In this document: positions 30,903 to 43,870 of the stretch, piece after piece
Numbering within the stretch: position 1 is the first letter of the stretch
Layout of the letters: each line of letters starts with the position of its first letter
Assembly (NCBI GenBank): GCA_002929135.1
Contig: PESC01000050.1
Span: 1,805 to 65,804, forward strand
Reading direction: 5' to 3'
Length of the DNA: 64,000 nucleotides
Source of the DNA: Methylomonas sp.
GTDB lineage: Bacteria; Pseudomonadota; Gammaproteobacteria; Methylococcales; Methylomonadaceae
The notes under the pieces: model-generated
What the model saw: the letters and a program-made list of their open reading frames with translations, nothing else
Told to the model about the DNA's origin: nothing
The model's database searches: none
Made by a program: the position numbers and the translations under genes

Positions 30903-31352
30903 ATGTTGAGACTGAGCAAATTAACCGACTATGCCACCGTGATTCTGAGTGTGCTGGCCAAAGAGCCACGGCGCTTGCATGGCGCGGTCGAGTTGGCCGA
31001 AAGCACCGGGATTGCGCTGCCTACCGTCAGCAAAATTCTGAAAATCCTGGCTAAAGCAGGCGTGTTGTCGTCGATGCGTGGCGCCAAAGGCGGGTATGTG
31101 CTGGCGCATGCGCCGGAGCATATCACCGTCGCCGCAGTCATCAAGGCGCTGGAAGGCCCTATTGCCCTGACGGAATGTGCGGTGTCACACAAAGGTTGCG
31201 ATCAGGCCAGCGGCTGCCGCATTCAAGGTAGTTGGCATTTAATCAATCAAAAAGTTACCCGTGCCTTGGAGTCGGTGACTCTGGCCGACATGGTCGCACC
31301 GTTTAAACAGCCGGATGAAGTCCGTATTCCGGTCAGCCGTTTGTATCGCTAG
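30903..31352 (+). CDS. Rrf2-family SUF Fe-S regulator
   Basis: MLRLSKLTDYA, SMRGAKGGYVLA, C-X6-C-X5-C; directly before sufB. Confidence 0.92.
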   Translation: MLRLSKLTDYATVILSVLAKEPRRLHGAVELAESTGIALPTVSKILKILAKAGVLSSMRGAKGGYVLAHAPEHITVAAVIKALEGPIALTECAVSHKGCDQASGCRIQGSWHLINQKVTRALESVTLADMVAPFKQPDEVRIPVSRLYR

Positions 31353-31370
31353 AAAATCATTCAAGAGCCT

Positions 31371-32819
<1,449 letters not shown>

Positions 32820-32943
32820 GCGGCAATATTCTCAGCCTATTGCAAAAACGCCTTCGAATCATGGCATTGATGTTCGTCAGGCTATTGATTAGAGTGAGGC
32901 CGTTTTTTGCATTCTGACAACATAACAACAATATGGGGGGGAT

Positions 32944-33225
32944 ATGTTATTTCTGGCTAAGTTGTTCGGCATATTGATATTGGTCTGGTTTTACATGGCG
33001 GCTAAAGAGCATAACGGGCCAGTGATCAATTGGCCGGTCATCGGTTTTATCGGGTATTGGCTGACCTGGTGGTTGGCGAAAATGCTGTTCGTATTGCCGC
33101 TGGCGAATGTGGTGCCCAAGCATTCGGTGGTTGAATTTTTGCTGACGCAGATGCCTGTGGTTTTTGCGGTGGCGGTTTGTTATGTCATCAGAAAGAAGTT
33201 GATTGCCAGCGTTTCGGCTTCTTGA
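32944..33225 (+). CDS. Small hypothetical membrane protein (about 3 TM)
   Basis: Three hydrophobic segments, SD ggggga, ends 4 nt before folM. Confidence 0.7.
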   Translation: MLFLAKLFGILILVWFYMAAKEHNGPVINWPVIGFIGYWLTWWLAKMLFVLPLANVVPKHSVVEFLLTQMPVVFAVAVCYVIRKKLIASVSAS

Positions 33226-33229
33226 TTTC

Positions 33230-33961
33230 ATGCTCAGGGTTGCGGTGATTACTGGGGCAGCAAGGCGTTTGGGCGCAGCGACTGCCCGCATGTTGCACCG
33301 CGAGGGTTTTAACGTCGTGGTGCATTGCCGGGCATCACTTGCCCAAGCTGAATCCTTGGTTGCTACGCTGAATGCCGATCGTGCGCATTCAGCCGTGGTG
33401 CTACAGACCGATCTTTCATCACCGTCGGCGTTGCAGTCTTTTGCCGGGCAGGCTGCGGGCTGTTGGGGGCGCGTCGATGTGCTGGTCAACAACGCATCGA
33501 CGTTTTATCCCGGATCTATCGAAAACGTAACGAGCGAGGATTGGGAGGCATTGACCGCCAGTAATCTGCGTACGCCATTTTTTTTGGTGCAGGCTTTGCT
33601 GCCATCGTTGCGGGCGGCGCGCGGTTGTGTCGTCAACATGGCCGATATTCACGGCGAGCGAGGCTTGCCGGGCTATCCGGTTTACAGCATCGCCAAGGCC
33701 GGTTTGGTTGCTATGACCAAGATTCTGGCAAGAGAGCTGGCGCCGCTCGTTCGCGTCAATGCCGTGGCGCCAGGCGCCATACTCTGGCCCGAGGGTGATA
33801 TGGGCGATACGGAGAAGCAGGCTGTCTTGCAAAAAGTGGCTTTGCAGCGTTGCGGACGGGAAGATGATATTGCCAAGGCCATTCGTTATTTGGTGCTGGA
33901 TGCTGATTATGTGACCGGGCAGATATTGACAGTCGACGGCGGGCGATTGCTATTTTCCTGA
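33230..33961 (+). CDS. folM: Pteridine reductase (FolM-like SDR)
   Basis: ITGAARRLG, LVNNASTF, YSIAK, next to folK/folB. Confidence 0.85.
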   Translation: MLRVAVITGAARRLGAATARMLHREGFNVVVHCRASLAQAESLVATLNADRAHSAVVLQTDLSSPSALQSFAGQAAGCWGRVDVLVNNASTFYPGSIENVTSEDWEALTASNLRTPFFLVQALLPSLRAARGCVVNMADIHGERGLPGYPVYSIAKAGLVAMTKILARELAPLVRVNAVAPGAILWPEGDMGDTEKQAVLQKVALQRCGREDDIAKAIRYLVLDADYVTGQILTVDGGRLLFS

Positions 33962-34450
33962 TAGCTTGTCCGGGTTGAATTTCATACGCTTCAACCCGGT
34001 TTTGTCGAATGCCTCCCAAAGCTCAGCATAAGTTTTGCCACTGACCGGGTGTTTTTCCGTGCCTGCAATTTCCGTCAGCGGTTCCAGAACGAATGCGTAG
34101 CGTTCAATGTCGTCGCGTGGAATTTGCAAACGACCTTCATCGATGATTTCGTCGCCGTAAAGAATCAAATCCAAATCCAGCGTGCGCGGCGAGAATTTCT
34201 GCGAATGATGGTGTCGGCCATGTTCCAGCTCGATCTGTTTGAGTTGCTTGGCGACTTGTTTGGCAGGCAGGCTGGATTGAAATCGCACGACCAGATTGTA
34301 AAAACTTTCACCCATAAAGCCGACGGCATCGGTTTCATAAATGCTCGACAATGCAATGCTGCCAAAAACGGCTTGCAGGGCGTTAATACTGGAGCGGATG
34401 TTATTGGCCTTGTCGATATTGCTGCCAATACTGATGTAACCCGCAGGCAT
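33950..34450 (-). CDS. folK: HPPK
   Basis: YISIGSN, FYNLV, PRTLDLDL. Confidence 0.95.
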   Translation of the reverse strand: MPAGYISIGSNIDKANNIRSSINALQAVFGSIALSSIYETDAVGFMGESFYNLVVRFQSSLPAKQVAKQLKQIELEHGRHHHSQKFSPRTLDLDLILYGDEIIDEGRLQIPRDDIERYAFVLEPLTEIAGTEKHPVSGKTYAELWEAFDKTGLKRMKFNPDKLSGK

Positions 34451-34803
34451 TATCTGTTGCCGCGTTCAATGAGGATGCCCACGTCGCGTGCGCGACTGAT
34501 GGCACCGATTTTATTGAGTTTGACCCGAACCCAGGGTGTGGGAAATTCGGTCAGTAATAAATCTGCAATTTTTTCGATCAAGGTTTCCACCAGCAAAAAT
34601 TCGCTGTTTTCGACGAAATATGCCACTCGGTCGGTCACATCTTTGTAATCGAGTGTGTGGGCAATGTCATCGGTCGCGGCGGCTTGGCGAATGTCAAATG
34701 CCATATCGATGTCCAATACGACTTTTTGTTTGATCCGCCGCTCCCAGTCATAAATGCCAATGACGGTTTCGAGTTCGAGACCACCTAAAAAGATGATGTC
34801 CAT
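34450..34803 (-). CDS. folB: Dihydroneopterin aldolase
   Basis: TVIGIYDWE, LDYKDV, LLVETL. Confidence 0.96.
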   Translation of the reverse strand: MDIIFLGGLELETVIGIYDWERRIKQKVVLDIDMAFDIRQAAATDDIAHTLDYKDVTDRVAYFVENSEFLLVETLIEKIADLLLTEFPTPWVRVKLNKIGAISRARDVGILIERGNR

Positions 34804-34888
34804 TAGGGCTTTCCGTTATCATTGATCGGCTAATCAGTATCGAGTAATTCACTCGTTTGTACAAGTCATTGATCTATGAGGTTATGGA

Positions 34889-35461
34889 ATGATGGAATGG
34901 TTATTGGTGCCTGCGGCCTATCTGGTTGGGTCGGTTTCGAGTGCAGTCATCGTATGCAGGATGATGGGTTTGGTCGACCCCCGTGAGAATGGCTCGGGTA
35001 ATCCGGGGGCGACCAATGTCATGCGAATCGGTGGCAAAAAGGCAGCAGCCATTACGTTGGCGGGCGATGCATTAAAAGGTCTGCTGCCGGTTGTGCTGGC
35101 CAGGATGCTCGGCGCCGACAGCCTGCTATTGGCTACCGTGGTGTTTGCCGCATTTCTGGGGCATTTGTATCCGGTTTTCTTTGATTTCAAGGGCGGCAAA
35201 GGGGTTGCGACCTCATTCGGCGTGACTTTGGGCCTTGATGGCTTATTGGGAATTGTCGTATCGGGCACCTGGTTGCTGGCTTACAAAATCGGCAAAATTT
35301 CGTCGCTGTCGGCACTGGTTGCCGCCGTGTTGACGCCGTTTTATGTCTGGCTCATCGTGCGGGATGTCTATCTGGTGACGGTGTTCGTCGTGATCTCAAT
35401 CATTCTCTTATGGCGGCACCGCAGCAATATCCGGCGCTTGTTGTCCGGCGAAGAGGATTAG
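34889..35461 (+). CDS. plsY: Glycerol-3-phosphate acyltransferase
   Basis: GSGNPGATN, DALKG, FKGGKGVAT, HRSNIRRL. Confidence 0.96.
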   Translation: MMEWLLVPAAYLVGSVSSAVIVCRMMGLVDPRENGSGNPGATNVMRIGGKKAAAITLAGDALKGLLPVVLARMLGADSLLLATVVFAAFLGHLYPVFFDFKGGKGVATSFGVTLGLDGLLGIVVSGTWLLAYKIGKISSLSALVAAVLTPFYVWLIVRDVYLVTVFVVISIILLWRHRSNIRRLLSGEED

Positions 35462-35462
35462 C

Positions 35463-36473
35463 TCACACGCTGAGCAACTGGGCCATCGGCCAGCGCGGCC
35501 GGGCGAACAGGGTCAAGTCCTGCGATTGCCCGGCCTTTAGGCGCTGATAGCCTGCGTAGGCAATCATGGCGCCGTTATCGGTGCAAAATTCCGGCCTCGG
35601 AAAATAGATGCGGGCATGTTCTGCGGTGGTCATGGTGCCGAGCTGCTGGCGGATTGCGGTATTGGCGCTGACGCCGCCGGCGACCACCAGTGTTTTCAAA
35701 CCGGTTTGCTGCAAAGCGCGGTGGCATTTGATGGTCAGCGTCTCTGCAATGGCTTGTTGAAAGGCAAAGGCAATGTCGGCCTTGTCTTGGGTGGTTTGTT
35801 TGCTGTTGTTGAATGTATTGAGTACCGATGTTTTCAAGCCGCTGAAGCTGAAATCCAGACCGGGCCGATCGGTCATCGGTCGCGGAAATTGAAAGCGTGG
35901 TTTGCCTGTTTCGGCCAGCCTGGATAACGCGGGGCCGCCCGGATAACTCAGGCCGAGCAGTTTTGCGGTTTTATCGAAGGCTTCGCCTGCTGCATCGTCC
36001 AGTGTTTCGCCGAGCAGCCGATAGCGACCAATAGCGCTGACTTCGATGAGCAGAGTATGGCCTCCGGAAATCAGCAGGGCGACGAACGGCAGGGCAGGCG
36101 CATCGTCTTCCAGCATGGGGGCGAGCAGATGCCCCTCCATGTGGTGAACGGCAATGGCAGGAATGTTCCAGGCCCAGGCCAGTGAACGGGCCGTGGCGGC
36201 ACCAACCAGTAATGCGCCCATCAGACCAGGGCCTGCGGTGTAGGCAATGCCGTCGATGTCGGCACCCGTCAGTTTGCCATCTTGCAAAACCCGCCCGATC
36301 AAGGGCAGCAGCTTGCGGACGTGGTCTCGGGATGCCAGTTCCGGCACTACGCCGCCGTATTCGTTGTGCGTGGCAATCTGGCTGTGGAGTACGTGAGCCA
36401 TCAAGCCTTTCTGAGGGTGGTAAATGGCAACTGCGGTCTCGTCGCAGGAGGTTTCTATCCCCAGAACGTGCAT
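35463..36473 (-). CDS. tsaD: t6A synthase subunit
   Basis: [32 protein letters not shown]. Confidence 0.97.
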   Translation of the reverse strand: MHVLGIETSCDETAVAIYHPQKGLMAHVLHSQIATHNEYGGVVPELASRDHVRKLLPLIGRVLQDGKLTGADIDGIAYTAGPGLMGALLVGAATARSLAWAWNIPAIAVHHMEGHLLAPMLEDDAPALPFVALLISGGHTLLIEVSAIGRYRLLGETLDDAAGEAFDKTAKLLGLSYPGGPALSRLAETGKPRFQFPRPMTDRPGLDFSFSGLKTSVLNTFNNSKQTTQDKADIAFAFQQAIAETLTIKCHRALQQTGLKTLVVAGGVSANTAIRQQLGTMTTAEHARIYFPRPEFCTDNGAMIAYAGYQRLKAGQSQDLTLFARPRWPMAQLLSV

Positions 36474-36480
36474 TGAGCTT

Positions 36481-36515
36481 TTGAATAAAATTGAATTGTG
36501 AGTATAATCGCGCGG
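36481..36515 (+). promoter_or_regulatory. Sigma70 promoter of the rpsU operon
   Basis: TTGAAT-N16-TATAAT followed by a GC-rich discriminator cgcgcgg. Confidence 0.65.
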
Positions 36516-36573
36516 TTTTACTGGCTCTGTTATTGAGCCGCACTCAAAATACTAACACAACTCGGATTAGAGA

Positions 36574-36807
36574 ATGCCTTCAGTCAAAGTCAAAGAGAAC
36601 GAACATTTCGATATTGCCATTCGCCGTTTCAAGCGTGCGTGTGAAAAGGCCGGTGTACTGGCTGAAGTTCGCCGTCGCGAGTTTTATGAAAAACCAACAA
36701 CCGAACGTAAGCGCAAAGGCGCTGCCGCCATCAAGCGGCATTTGAAAAAGCTGGCGCGTGAGCGTTATGCACTGAAAAATTTGCGTCGCGGACGTCCGCA
36801 AATCTGA
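36574..36807 (+). CDS. rpsU: 30S ribosomal protein S21
   Basis: [21 protein letters not shown]. Confidence 0.98.
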   Translation: MPSVKVKENEHFDIAIRRFKRACEKAGVLAEVRRREFYEKPTTERKRKGAAAIKRHLKKLARERYALKNLRRGRPQI

Positions 36808-36817
36808 GGCCGTTGCT

Positions 36818-37270
36818 GTGGATTCTTTGAACACGCGCATCAGGGACGACATGAAGGCCTCGATGAAGGCTGGCAACAAGGATCGCTTGGGCGTCATCCG
36901 CATGATTATGGCGGCAGTCAAGCAGGTCGAAGTTGATGAGCGCATCGAAGTCGACGATGCACGAACCCTGGTCATTCTCGACAAAATGCTCAAGCAGCGT
37001 CGTGAGTCCATTAAACAGTTTCGCGATGCCGGGCGCATCGATTTGGCCGAGGTTGAAGAGGCTGAAATCGTTGTCATTCAGGACTTTCTGCCGCAAGCCT
37101 TGACCGAAGACGAAATCGATCGAATGGTGGCTGCTGCTATTGCTCAAACCGGTGCTACGTCGGTCAAGGACATGGGTGCGGTCATGGCGGCTCTCAAGCC
37201 GCAAATGCAGGGTCGCGCCGATATGGCTGTCGTCAGCGCCCGAATCAAGGCAGGATTTTCTGCTGAATGA
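36818..37270 (+). CDS. GatB/YqeY domain protein
   Basis: MKASMKAG, KQRRESI..F..AGR.DL, KDMGAVM, GRADM. Confidence 0.92.
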   Translation: MDSLNTRIRDDMKASMKAGNKDRLGVIRMIMAAVKQVEVDERIEVDDARTLVILDKMLKQRRESIKQFRDAGRIDLAEVEEAEIVVIQDFLPQALTEDEIDRMVAAAIAQTGATSVKDMGAVMAALKPQMQGRADMAVVSARIKAGFSAE

Positions 37271-37286
37271 TTGACGTTCGTCGGCC

Positions 37287-39020
37287 TTGATGTCCGGCAG
37301 AATTCCGCGTCAGTTCATCGATGATCTTTTGGTGCGAGTCGATATTGTCGATCTGATCGACTCGCACGTCCCCCTCAAGAAAAAAGGCAGCGAGTATTCT
37401 GCGTGCTGTCCTTTTCATAACGAAAAAACTCCTAGTTTTCACGTCAATCGCCAGAAACAGGTTTATCTGTGTCGTGGCTGCGGCCAAAGCGGCAATGCCA
37501 TCAGCTTTCTGATGGCGTTCAATCGCCTTGATTTTGTCGAGGCGGTCGAAGACCTTGCCACGTTTGTGGGTGTCGATGTGCCGCGCGAGCAAATTCACGA
37601 TGCCGATACCGTGCAGAAGCGAGATGCTTCCGGTCTCTATGACATCCTGTCCAACGTGGCCGGGTTTTACGTTGAACAATTGCACTTGCCCAAGGCTAGG
37701 GCGGCTATCGATTATTTGAAAAAACGCGGCGTCAGTGACGATGTCATTCGCGAATTCGGTTTGGGGTTTGCGCCAGAGGCTTGGGATGTTTTGTCGAATC
37801 GTTTCGAGCGTTCGCAGTTGATTGAGGCGGGTCTTGTTGTCACCCGCGACGATGGGCGGGTTTACGATCGCTTTCGTGGGCGTCTGATGTTTCCCATTCG
37901 AGACAAGCGTCGCCGGGTCGTGGGGTTCGGTGGTCGTGTGCTGGATGATACGTTGCCGAAGTATTTGAATTCGCCGGAAACCCCGGTTTTTTCGAAAAGC
38001 CAGGCGCTTTACGGGCTTTGCGAATTGCTTGAGCGACAATCTCGGCCCAAGCAGGTACTGGTTGTGGAAGGTTACATGGATGTCATTGCGCTGACGCAAT
38101 TTGGCATCGGTAACGCGGTTGCAACACTGGGCACCGCAACCTCGAAGGCGCAGATCGATCTTCTGTTTCGTTTTGCCTCCGAGCTGGTGTTCTGCTTCGA
38201 CGGCGACAATGCCGGACGCCAAGCGGCATGGAAAGCGGTTGAGGCTGCATTACCGGCTTTGCGCGATGGCCGTCAGGTCAGAATCATGCTGCTGGCGCAG
38301 GGGCATGATCCGGATTCATTGGTGCGCGCAGAGGGTGCCGAAGCGTTTCAGGCTAGGATAAATTCTGCCCAGGTTTTGTCGGATTACGTTTTCGATACAC
38401 TTTCGGCTCAGGGTGGACTGGTATCCGCCGAAGGGCGGGCGCGTTTACTGGCCGATGCCAAGCCCTTGCTGGAAAAACTGCCAGCGGGTTTTTTTCGCGA
38501 CATGATGTTCGAGCGGCTACATGCCTTGGCAGGTCTCAGGCTGGCTGTGTCTACCGAAAAACCTGGTAATTTGCTTGGAGCACCCGCTCAGCGGGCGCGA
38601 AGCGACCGGCTCAGGCCCAGTTTGCTCAGGCGGGTGATTGCGCTGCTGATTCAATACCCGCATCTGGCTGCCATGGTCGACCGACAAGCGCTGCCGTTTG
38701 AGGGTATGCAATTGCCAGGGCAGACTGTATTGCACGAGGTGTTGCGAACGATCGCTCTTGAAAAACCGGAAAATACAGCAATTCTATTGGAAGCCTGTCG
38801 TGCATCGTCTCATGAGAAAGTGCTCAGGACGTTGGCGGTCATGGAATTGAACGTGCCGGATGGTGGCGAAGTCGAGGAGTTCAAAGGCGCGTTAGCGCAA
38901 TTGATGAAGCAGGCAAGGCAGGAGAGCCTGACCCAATTGCTGGCCAAGGAAAAGCATGAAGGGCTTGATGAGGGTGAGAAACAGATGTTGCGCGAGTTAT
39001 TGAAAAAACGGGCGCAATGA
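37287..39020 (+). CDS. dnaG: DNA primase
   Basis: CPFHNEKTPSF, KYLNSPET, VEGYMDV, FDGDNAG. Confidence 0.97.
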   Translation: MMSGRIPRQFIDDLLVRVDIVDLIDSHVPLKKKGSEYSACCPFHNEKTPSFHVNRQKQVYLCRGCGQSGNAISFLMAFNRLDFVEAVEDLATFVGVDVPREQIHDADTVQKRDASGLYDILSNVAGFYVEQLHLPKARAAIDYLKKRGVSDDVIREFGLGFAPEAWDVLSNRFERSQLIEAGLVVTRDDGRVYDRFRGRLMFPIRDKRRRVVGFGGRVLDDTLPKYLNSPETPVFSKSQALYGLCELLERQSRPKQVLVVEGYMDVIALTQFGIGNAVATLGTATSKAQIDLLFRFASELVFCFDGDNAGRQAAWKAVEAALPALRDGRQVRIMLLAQGHDPDSLVRAEGAEAFQARINSAQVLSDYVFDTLSAQGGLVSAEGRARLLADAKPLLEKLPAGFFRDMMFERLHALAGLRLAVSTEKPGNLLGAPAQRARSDRLRPSLLRRVIALLIQYPHLAAMVDRQALPFEGMQLPGQTVLHEVLRTIALEKPENTAILLEACRASSHEKVLRTLAVMELNVPDGGEVEEFKGALAQLMKQARQESLTQLLAKEKHEGLDEGEKQMLRELLKKRAQ

Positions 39021-39092
39021 TTTTTCAATGTGTTTTTTGGTAGAATGCCCGGTTCTCTGGTGTGTGGTGATCAATCCTATTGTGGGTAGACA

Positions 39093-40904
39093 ATGAATCA
39101 AGAACAACAGCAATCCCAACTCAAACAACTGATCGCCAAAGGCAAGGCCCAAGGCTATTTGACCTATGCCGAGGTCAACGATCATTTGCCCAGCGACATC
39201 ATGGATCCCGAGCAGATAGACGATATCATCGGCATGATAAACGACATGGGGATTCAGGTTTATGAGGTCGCACCGGACGATGATGATTCATTGATTTCAG
39301 GTGATGCCGTCGTGACGGCTGATGACGAGGAAGAAGTCGCCGAAGTTGCCGCACTGGCATCGGTCGACAGTGAGTTTGGACGTACTACGGATCCGGTGCG
39401 CTTATACATGCGTGAAATGGGATCTGTCGAGCTATTGACGCGCGAACAAGAGTTGAAAATCGCCATGCGTATTGAGGATGGTCAGCGGCAGGTGATTGGC
39501 GCCATTGCGCGCTCGGGGTTCATCGTCGAGGCCTTTATTCGAGACTTCGAGGATGTGGCCAACGAAGAATCCCCAATCCGCTTGAGTGACCTGATGCAGG
39601 GCTTCGTCGATCTGTCGGAAATGGTCGCTATTGAAGTCGATGCGATCGAGATGGAAACGCCCGCAGACGACGCCGAAGAGGAAGAAAGTAAAACGCTTGA
39701 TTACAACGAGGTCAAGGAAAAGGTTGTTTTACTCAAAAAAGCCTTGAAAAGCGCCAACACGGCAATCAAGAAGCATGGTTACGGCCATGAGAAAACCGCG
39801 AAATTTTTTACCGCACTCGGTGATATTTTTGCCGAAATCAAATGGACGCCACCGTACTTCAAAAAAATGGTGTCGATGTCGGAAGCCGTGATTGCCGAAA
39901 TTCGTGATCAGGAAAAAATCGTGCTGGATGTGTGTATCAAGAAGGCCAAAGTGCCACGGCGCGATTTTATTGCCAGTTTCTCGGGTAACGAAACCAACTT
40001 GCAATGGCTGGATGATTTCATCTCGGCTCAGCCAAAGTATCATGATGTCATCGAGGCAAATCGCGAGCGCATTCTGGTTGCCCAGCAACGTCTGGCAGCC
40101 ATCGAGACCCGGCTGGGGCTGACGATAGGCAATCTGCGGGAAATATGCCGCAACATTTCACTGGGTGAAGCCAAGGCGCGGCGGGCCAAAAAAGAAATGA
40201 TCGAAGCCAACTTGCGTCTCGTCATTTCGATTGCCAAAAAATACACCAATCGGGGCCTGCAATTCCTGGACTTGATCCAGGAGGGCAATATTGGCTTGAT
40301 GAAGGCGGTCGACAAGTTTGAATATCGTCGCGGCTACAAGTTTTCCACCTATGCAACCTGGTGGATACGCCAGGCCATCACCCGGTCGATTGCCGACCAG
40401 GCGCGCACCATACGCATACCGGTGCACATGATCGAAACCATCAACAAGCTCAATCGGGTTTCGCGGCAAATCCTGCAAGAACAGGGGCGGGAAGCCACGC
40501 CGGAAGAACTGGCCGAGCGCATGGAAATGCCGGAAGACAAAATACGCAAGGTCTTGAAAATCGCCAAGGAACCGATTTCCATGGAAACCCCGATCGGTGA
40601 CGATGAAGACTCGCACTTGGGTGACTTCATCGAAGACTCCAAGATGTTATCGCCGGTTGAATCTGCTACAATCGCCGGCCTTCGTGAGTCCACCCAGAAT
40701 GTTTTGGCTGGATTGACTGCAAGAGAGGCGAAAGTGCTTCGTATGCGTTTTGGCATCAACATGAATACCGACCACACCTTGGAAGAGGTCGGCAAGCAAT
40801 TTGATGTCACCCGTGAGCGGATACGGCAGATCGAAGCCAAAGCATTGAGAAAACTGCGGCATCCATCGCGTTCCGAGCAATTGCGCTGTTTCCTCGATGA
40901 CTGA
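39093..40904 (+). CDS. rpoD: RNA polymerase sigma-70
   Basis: [37 protein letters not shown]. Confidence 0.98.
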   Translation: MNQEQQQSQLKQLIAKGKAQGYLTYAEVNDHLPSDIMDPEQIDDIIGMINDMGIQVYEVAPDDDDSLISGDAVVTADDEEEVAEVAALASVDSEFGRTTDPVRLYMREMGSVELLTREQELKIAMRIEDGQRQVIGAIARSGFIVEAFIRDFEDVANEESPIRLSDLMQGFVDLSEMVAIEVDAIEMETPADDAEEEESKTLDYNEVKEKVVLLKKALKSANTAIKKHGYGHEKTAKFFTALGDIFAEIKWTPPYFKKMVSMSEAVIAEIRDQEKIVLDVCIKKAKVPRRDFIASFSGNETNLQWLDDFISAQPKYHDVIEANRERILVAQQRLAAIETRLGLTIGNLREICRNISLGEAKARRAKKEMIEANLRLVISIAKKYTNRGLQFLDLIQEGNIGLMKAVDKFEYRRGYKFSTYATWWIRQAITRSIADQARTIRIPVHMIETINKLNRVSRQILQEQGREATPEELAERMEMPEDKIRKVLKIAKEPISMETPIGDDEDSHLGDFIEDSKMLSPVESATIAGLRESTQNVLAGLTAREAKVLRMRFGINMNTDHTLEEVGKQFDVTRERIRQIEAKALRKLRHPSRSEQLRCFLDD

Positions 40905-40909
40905 TTTTC

Positions 40910-40986
40910 GGGCCCTTAGCTCAGTTGGTCAGAGCTTCCGACTCATAATCGGCAGGTCGTAGGTTCAAGTCCTACAGGGCCCACCA
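40910..40986 (+). tRNA. tRNA with CAT anticodon, most likely tRNA-Ile2 (lysidine)
   Basis: 77-nt cloverleaf, G1-C72 paired (not an initiator), CT CAT AA loop, ileX-like sequence and position after rpoD. Confidence 0.9.
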
Positions 40987-40997
40987 TGTTTTATCCC

Positions 40998-41022
40998 AAG
41001 GCCGTCGTAGACGGCCTTTTTT
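40998..41022 (+). terminator. Intrinsic terminator
   Basis: aaggccgtc-gta-gacggcctt followed by a T run. Confidence 0.85.
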
Positions 41023-41058
41023 ATATTTACACTACTTATTGCTGCGAGGTGTGTCACC

Positions 41059-42219
41059 GTGAATAAGAATTATCTATTTACTTCTGAATCCGTATCCGAA
41101 GGCCACCCCGACAAGGTTGCCGACCAGATTTCCGATGCGGTTGTCGATGCGCTGCTGGCACAAGACCCGCGTTCTCGGGTTGCCTGCGAAACCCTGGTAA
41201 AAACCGGAATGGTCATTCTGGCCGGAGAAATAACCACCAACGCCTGGGTTGATATGGAAGAACTGGTGCGCAAAGTGGTCTGCGAAATCGGTTACGACCA
41301 CGGCGACATTGGTTTCGACGGCAATAGCTGCTCTGTCTTGAACGCAATCGGCAAGCAGTCGGCGGACATCGCGATGGGCGTCGATGAAACCGAAGGCCAC
41401 GAACAGGGTGCGGGCGACCAGGGCCTGATGTTTGGCTACGCCACCAACGAAACCGATGTGTTCATGCCGGCGGCGATCACATTTTCCCACCGCCTGGTCG
41501 AAAGACAGGCTAAATTGCGTAAAAACAAAACCTTGCCCTGGCTACGCCCCGATGCCAAAAGCCAGATCACCTTCCGTTACGAAAACAACAAGCCGGTTGC
41601 GATCGATGCTGTCGTGCTGTCGACGCAACATTCGCCCGAGATTGGCGGCAAGCAACTGCAAGAAGCGGTTATGGATGAAATCATCCTGCCTATCCTGCCC
41701 AGGGAATGGCTGCACAAAGACACCCAATATTTCATCAATCCGACCGGCCAGTTCATCATCGGTGGCCCGGTGGGTGATTGCGGTCTGACCGGTCGCAAGA
41801 TCATCGTCGACACCTACGGCGGCATGGCCAGACACGGTGGCGGTGCGTTTTCAGGCAAAGACCCGTCAAAAGTCGATCGTTCAGCCGCCTACATGGCACG
41901 TTACGTGGCGAAAAACATCGTCGCGGCGGGTTTGGCCGAACGCTGCGAGATACAGGTGTCGTATGCCATCGGTGTGGCCGAACCCACCTCGATCACCGTC
42001 GAAACTTTCGGCACCGGCAAAATCGACGAAGAACGCTTGGTCAAAATTATCCGCGAGCACTTTGACCTGCGCCCTAAAGGCCTGATCGCACAACTAGGAT
42101 TGTTGAGACCGATTTACCGGCCAACCGCAGCTTACGGCCATTTCGGACGTAACGAAGCGTCATTCAGTTGGGAAAAAACCGACAAAGCCGAGGCGCTGAA
42201 AGATGCGGCCGGCATTTAA
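41059..42219 (+). CDS. metK: S-adenosylmethionine synthetase
   Basis: [26 protein letters not shown]. Confidence 0.98.
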   Translation: MNKNYLFTSESVSEGHPDKVADQISDAVVDALLAQDPRSRVACETLVKTGMVILAGEITTNAWVDMEELVRKVVCEIGYDHGDIGFDGNSCSVLNAIGKQSADIAMGVDETEGHEQGAGDQGLMFGYATNETDVFMPAAITFSHRLVERQAKLRKNKTLPWLRPDAKSQITFRYENNKPVAIDAVVLSTQHSPEIGGKQLQEAVMDEIILPILPREWLHKDTQYFINPTGQFIIGGPVGDCGLTGRKIIVDTYGGMARHGGGAFSGKDPSKVDRSAAYMARYVAKNIVAAGLAERCEIQVSYAIGVAEPTSITVETFGTGKIDEERLVKIIREHFDLRPKGLIAQLGLLRPIYRPTAAYGHFGRNEASFSWEKTDKAEALKDAAGI

Positions 42220-42238
42220 TCAACATCAGGGGATGAAC

Positions 42239-43531
42239 ATGACACAAGTCGATTACAAAGTTGCCGATATGGCACTGGCCGATTGGGGCCGCAAGGAAAT
42301 CAACATCGCTGAAACCGAAATGCCGGGCTTGATGGCGTTGCGTGTCGAATACGGCGCATCGCAACCGCTGAAAGGTGCCCGCATTGCCGGTTGCTTGCAC
42401 ATGACCATACAAACCGCCGTTTTGATCGAGACACTGACTGCCTTGGGTGCCGAAGTGCGCTGGTCATCGTGCAACATTTTCTCGACGCAAGACCACGCTG
42501 CCGCTGCGATGGCCGCCGCCGGTATTCCGGTGTTCGCCTGGAAAGGCGAAACCGAGGAAGAAGCCGAATGGTGCATCGAGCAAACCATTCTGGGGCTTAA
42601 CGGCTGGCGCCCTAACATGATTCTCGATGACGGTGGCGATCTCACCAACATGATGCACGACAAGTTCCCCGAACTGATGACCGATGTCAAAGGCCTGTCG
42701 GAAGAAACCACCACCGGTGTCTTGCGCCTGACCGAGCGGGTTGCAGGCGGCACGCTGAAAGTGCCAGCCTTCAACGTCAACGACTCGGTCACCAAATCCA
42801 AATTCGACAATCTCTATGGTTGCCGTGAATCGTTGGTCGATGGCATCAAACGCGCTACCGACGTCATGGTCGCAGGCAAAATTGCCGTAGTGTGTGGTTA
42901 TGGCGATGTCGGCAAAGGCTGTGCGCAATCGCTGCGTGGCTTGGGCGCGACGGTGTGGATCACCGAAATCGACCCGATCTGCGCCCTGCAAGCAGCAATG
43001 GAAGGTTATCGCGTGGTGAACATGGACGAAGCGGCTGCCGTTGCCAACATCTTCGTCACTGCAACCGGCAACGTCCACGTCATCAGCCATGAGCACATGA
43101 AAGCCATGCGCGATCAGGCCATCGTCTGCAATATCGGTCACTTCGATTCCGAAATCGACATTGCCTCCCTGCGTCAATACACCTGGGAAACCATCAAGCC
43201 ACAAGTCGACCACGTCATTTTCCCGGACGGCAAACGCATCATCGTGCTGGCAGAAGGTCGCCTGGTGAATCTGGGCTGCGGCACCGGGCACCCCAGCTTC
43301 GTCATGTCCAATTCGTTTTGCAACCAGGTTCTGGCGCAAATCGAACTCTGGAGCAACGCATCGGCTTACGAGAACAAGGTCTACGTGTTGCCAAAACAAC
43401 TCGATGAAAAAGTAGCCAGGCTGCATTTAGGACAAATCGGCGTGAATTTGACCGAGTTGACTGCAGAACAGGCCGCTTATATCAACGTGCCGGTGCAAGG
43501 GCCTTACAAGCCCGCTCATTATCGTTACTGA
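42239..43531 (+). CDS. ahcY: S-adenosylhomocysteine hydrolase
   Basis: [33 protein letters not shown]. Confidence 0.97.
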   Translation: MTQVDYKVADMALADWGRKEINIAETEMPGLMALRVEYGASQPLKGARIAGCLHMTIQTAVLIETLTALGAEVRWSSCNIFSTQDHAAAAMAAAGIPVFAWKGETEEEAEWCIEQTILGLNGWRPNMILDDGGDLTNMMHDKFPELMTDVKGLSEETTTGVLRLTERVAGGTLKVPAFNVNDSVTKSKFDNLYGCRESLVDGIKRATDVMVAGKIAVVCGYGDVGKGCAQSLRGLGATVWITEIDPICALQAAMEGYRVVNMDEAAAVANIFVTATGNVHVISHEHMKAMRDQAIVCNIGHFDSEIDIASLRQYTWETIKPQVDHVIFPDGKRIIVLAEGRLVNLGCGTGHPSFVMSNSFCNQVLAQIELWSNASAYENKVYVLPKQLDEKVARLHLGQIGVNLTELTAEQAAYINVPVQGPYKPAHYRY

Positions 43532-43546
43532 GGCTATTGCCGTGTC

Positions 43547-43576
43547 GTAGGATGCGGTGAGGCACGAACCGCATCC
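43547..43576 (+). repeat. GTAG-type REP palindrome
   Basis: GTAG then ggatgcggt-N9-accgcatcc. Confidence 0.7.
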
Positions 43577-43584
43577 ACGGTAAT

Positions 43585-43870
43585 GACGACGGGCGGGTGA
43601 CCGAGGTCGTCGCGACTGGGTGGAGTCGCTGGAAAATTGAGCACGAAAACAACAATATCCTGAAAACCAAAGGTCACCACTTCGAGCGCAACTATGGCCA
43701 TGGCAAACGGCATTTGACCGCTTTGCTGGATACCCTCCTCATTCTGGCCTTCCTGATCCATACCATGCTGGAATGGATGGACGGCGCGTATCAATTGCTC
43801 CGCAAGCCGCTGCCTTCAAGAAAGCGTCTGTTCTACGGAATCCGGTCTTATCCGTGTATTCAGTGGGAAC
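43585..43870 (+). pseudogene. C-terminal fragment of a DDE transposase (ISNCY/IS4-like)
   Basis: SRWKIEHENNNILKTKGHHFERNYGHG resembles RARWKIENE-type DDE C-termini; no N-terminus. Confidence 0.7.

Noticed and set aside
32866-32881. FNR-like ttgat-gttc-gtcag after sufB
   Set aside because: Two mismatches in one half-site and no supporting -10.
40990-41058. SAM/SAH riboswitch before metK
   Set aside because: The spacer is only a terminator plus about 35 nt, with no recognisable aptamer.
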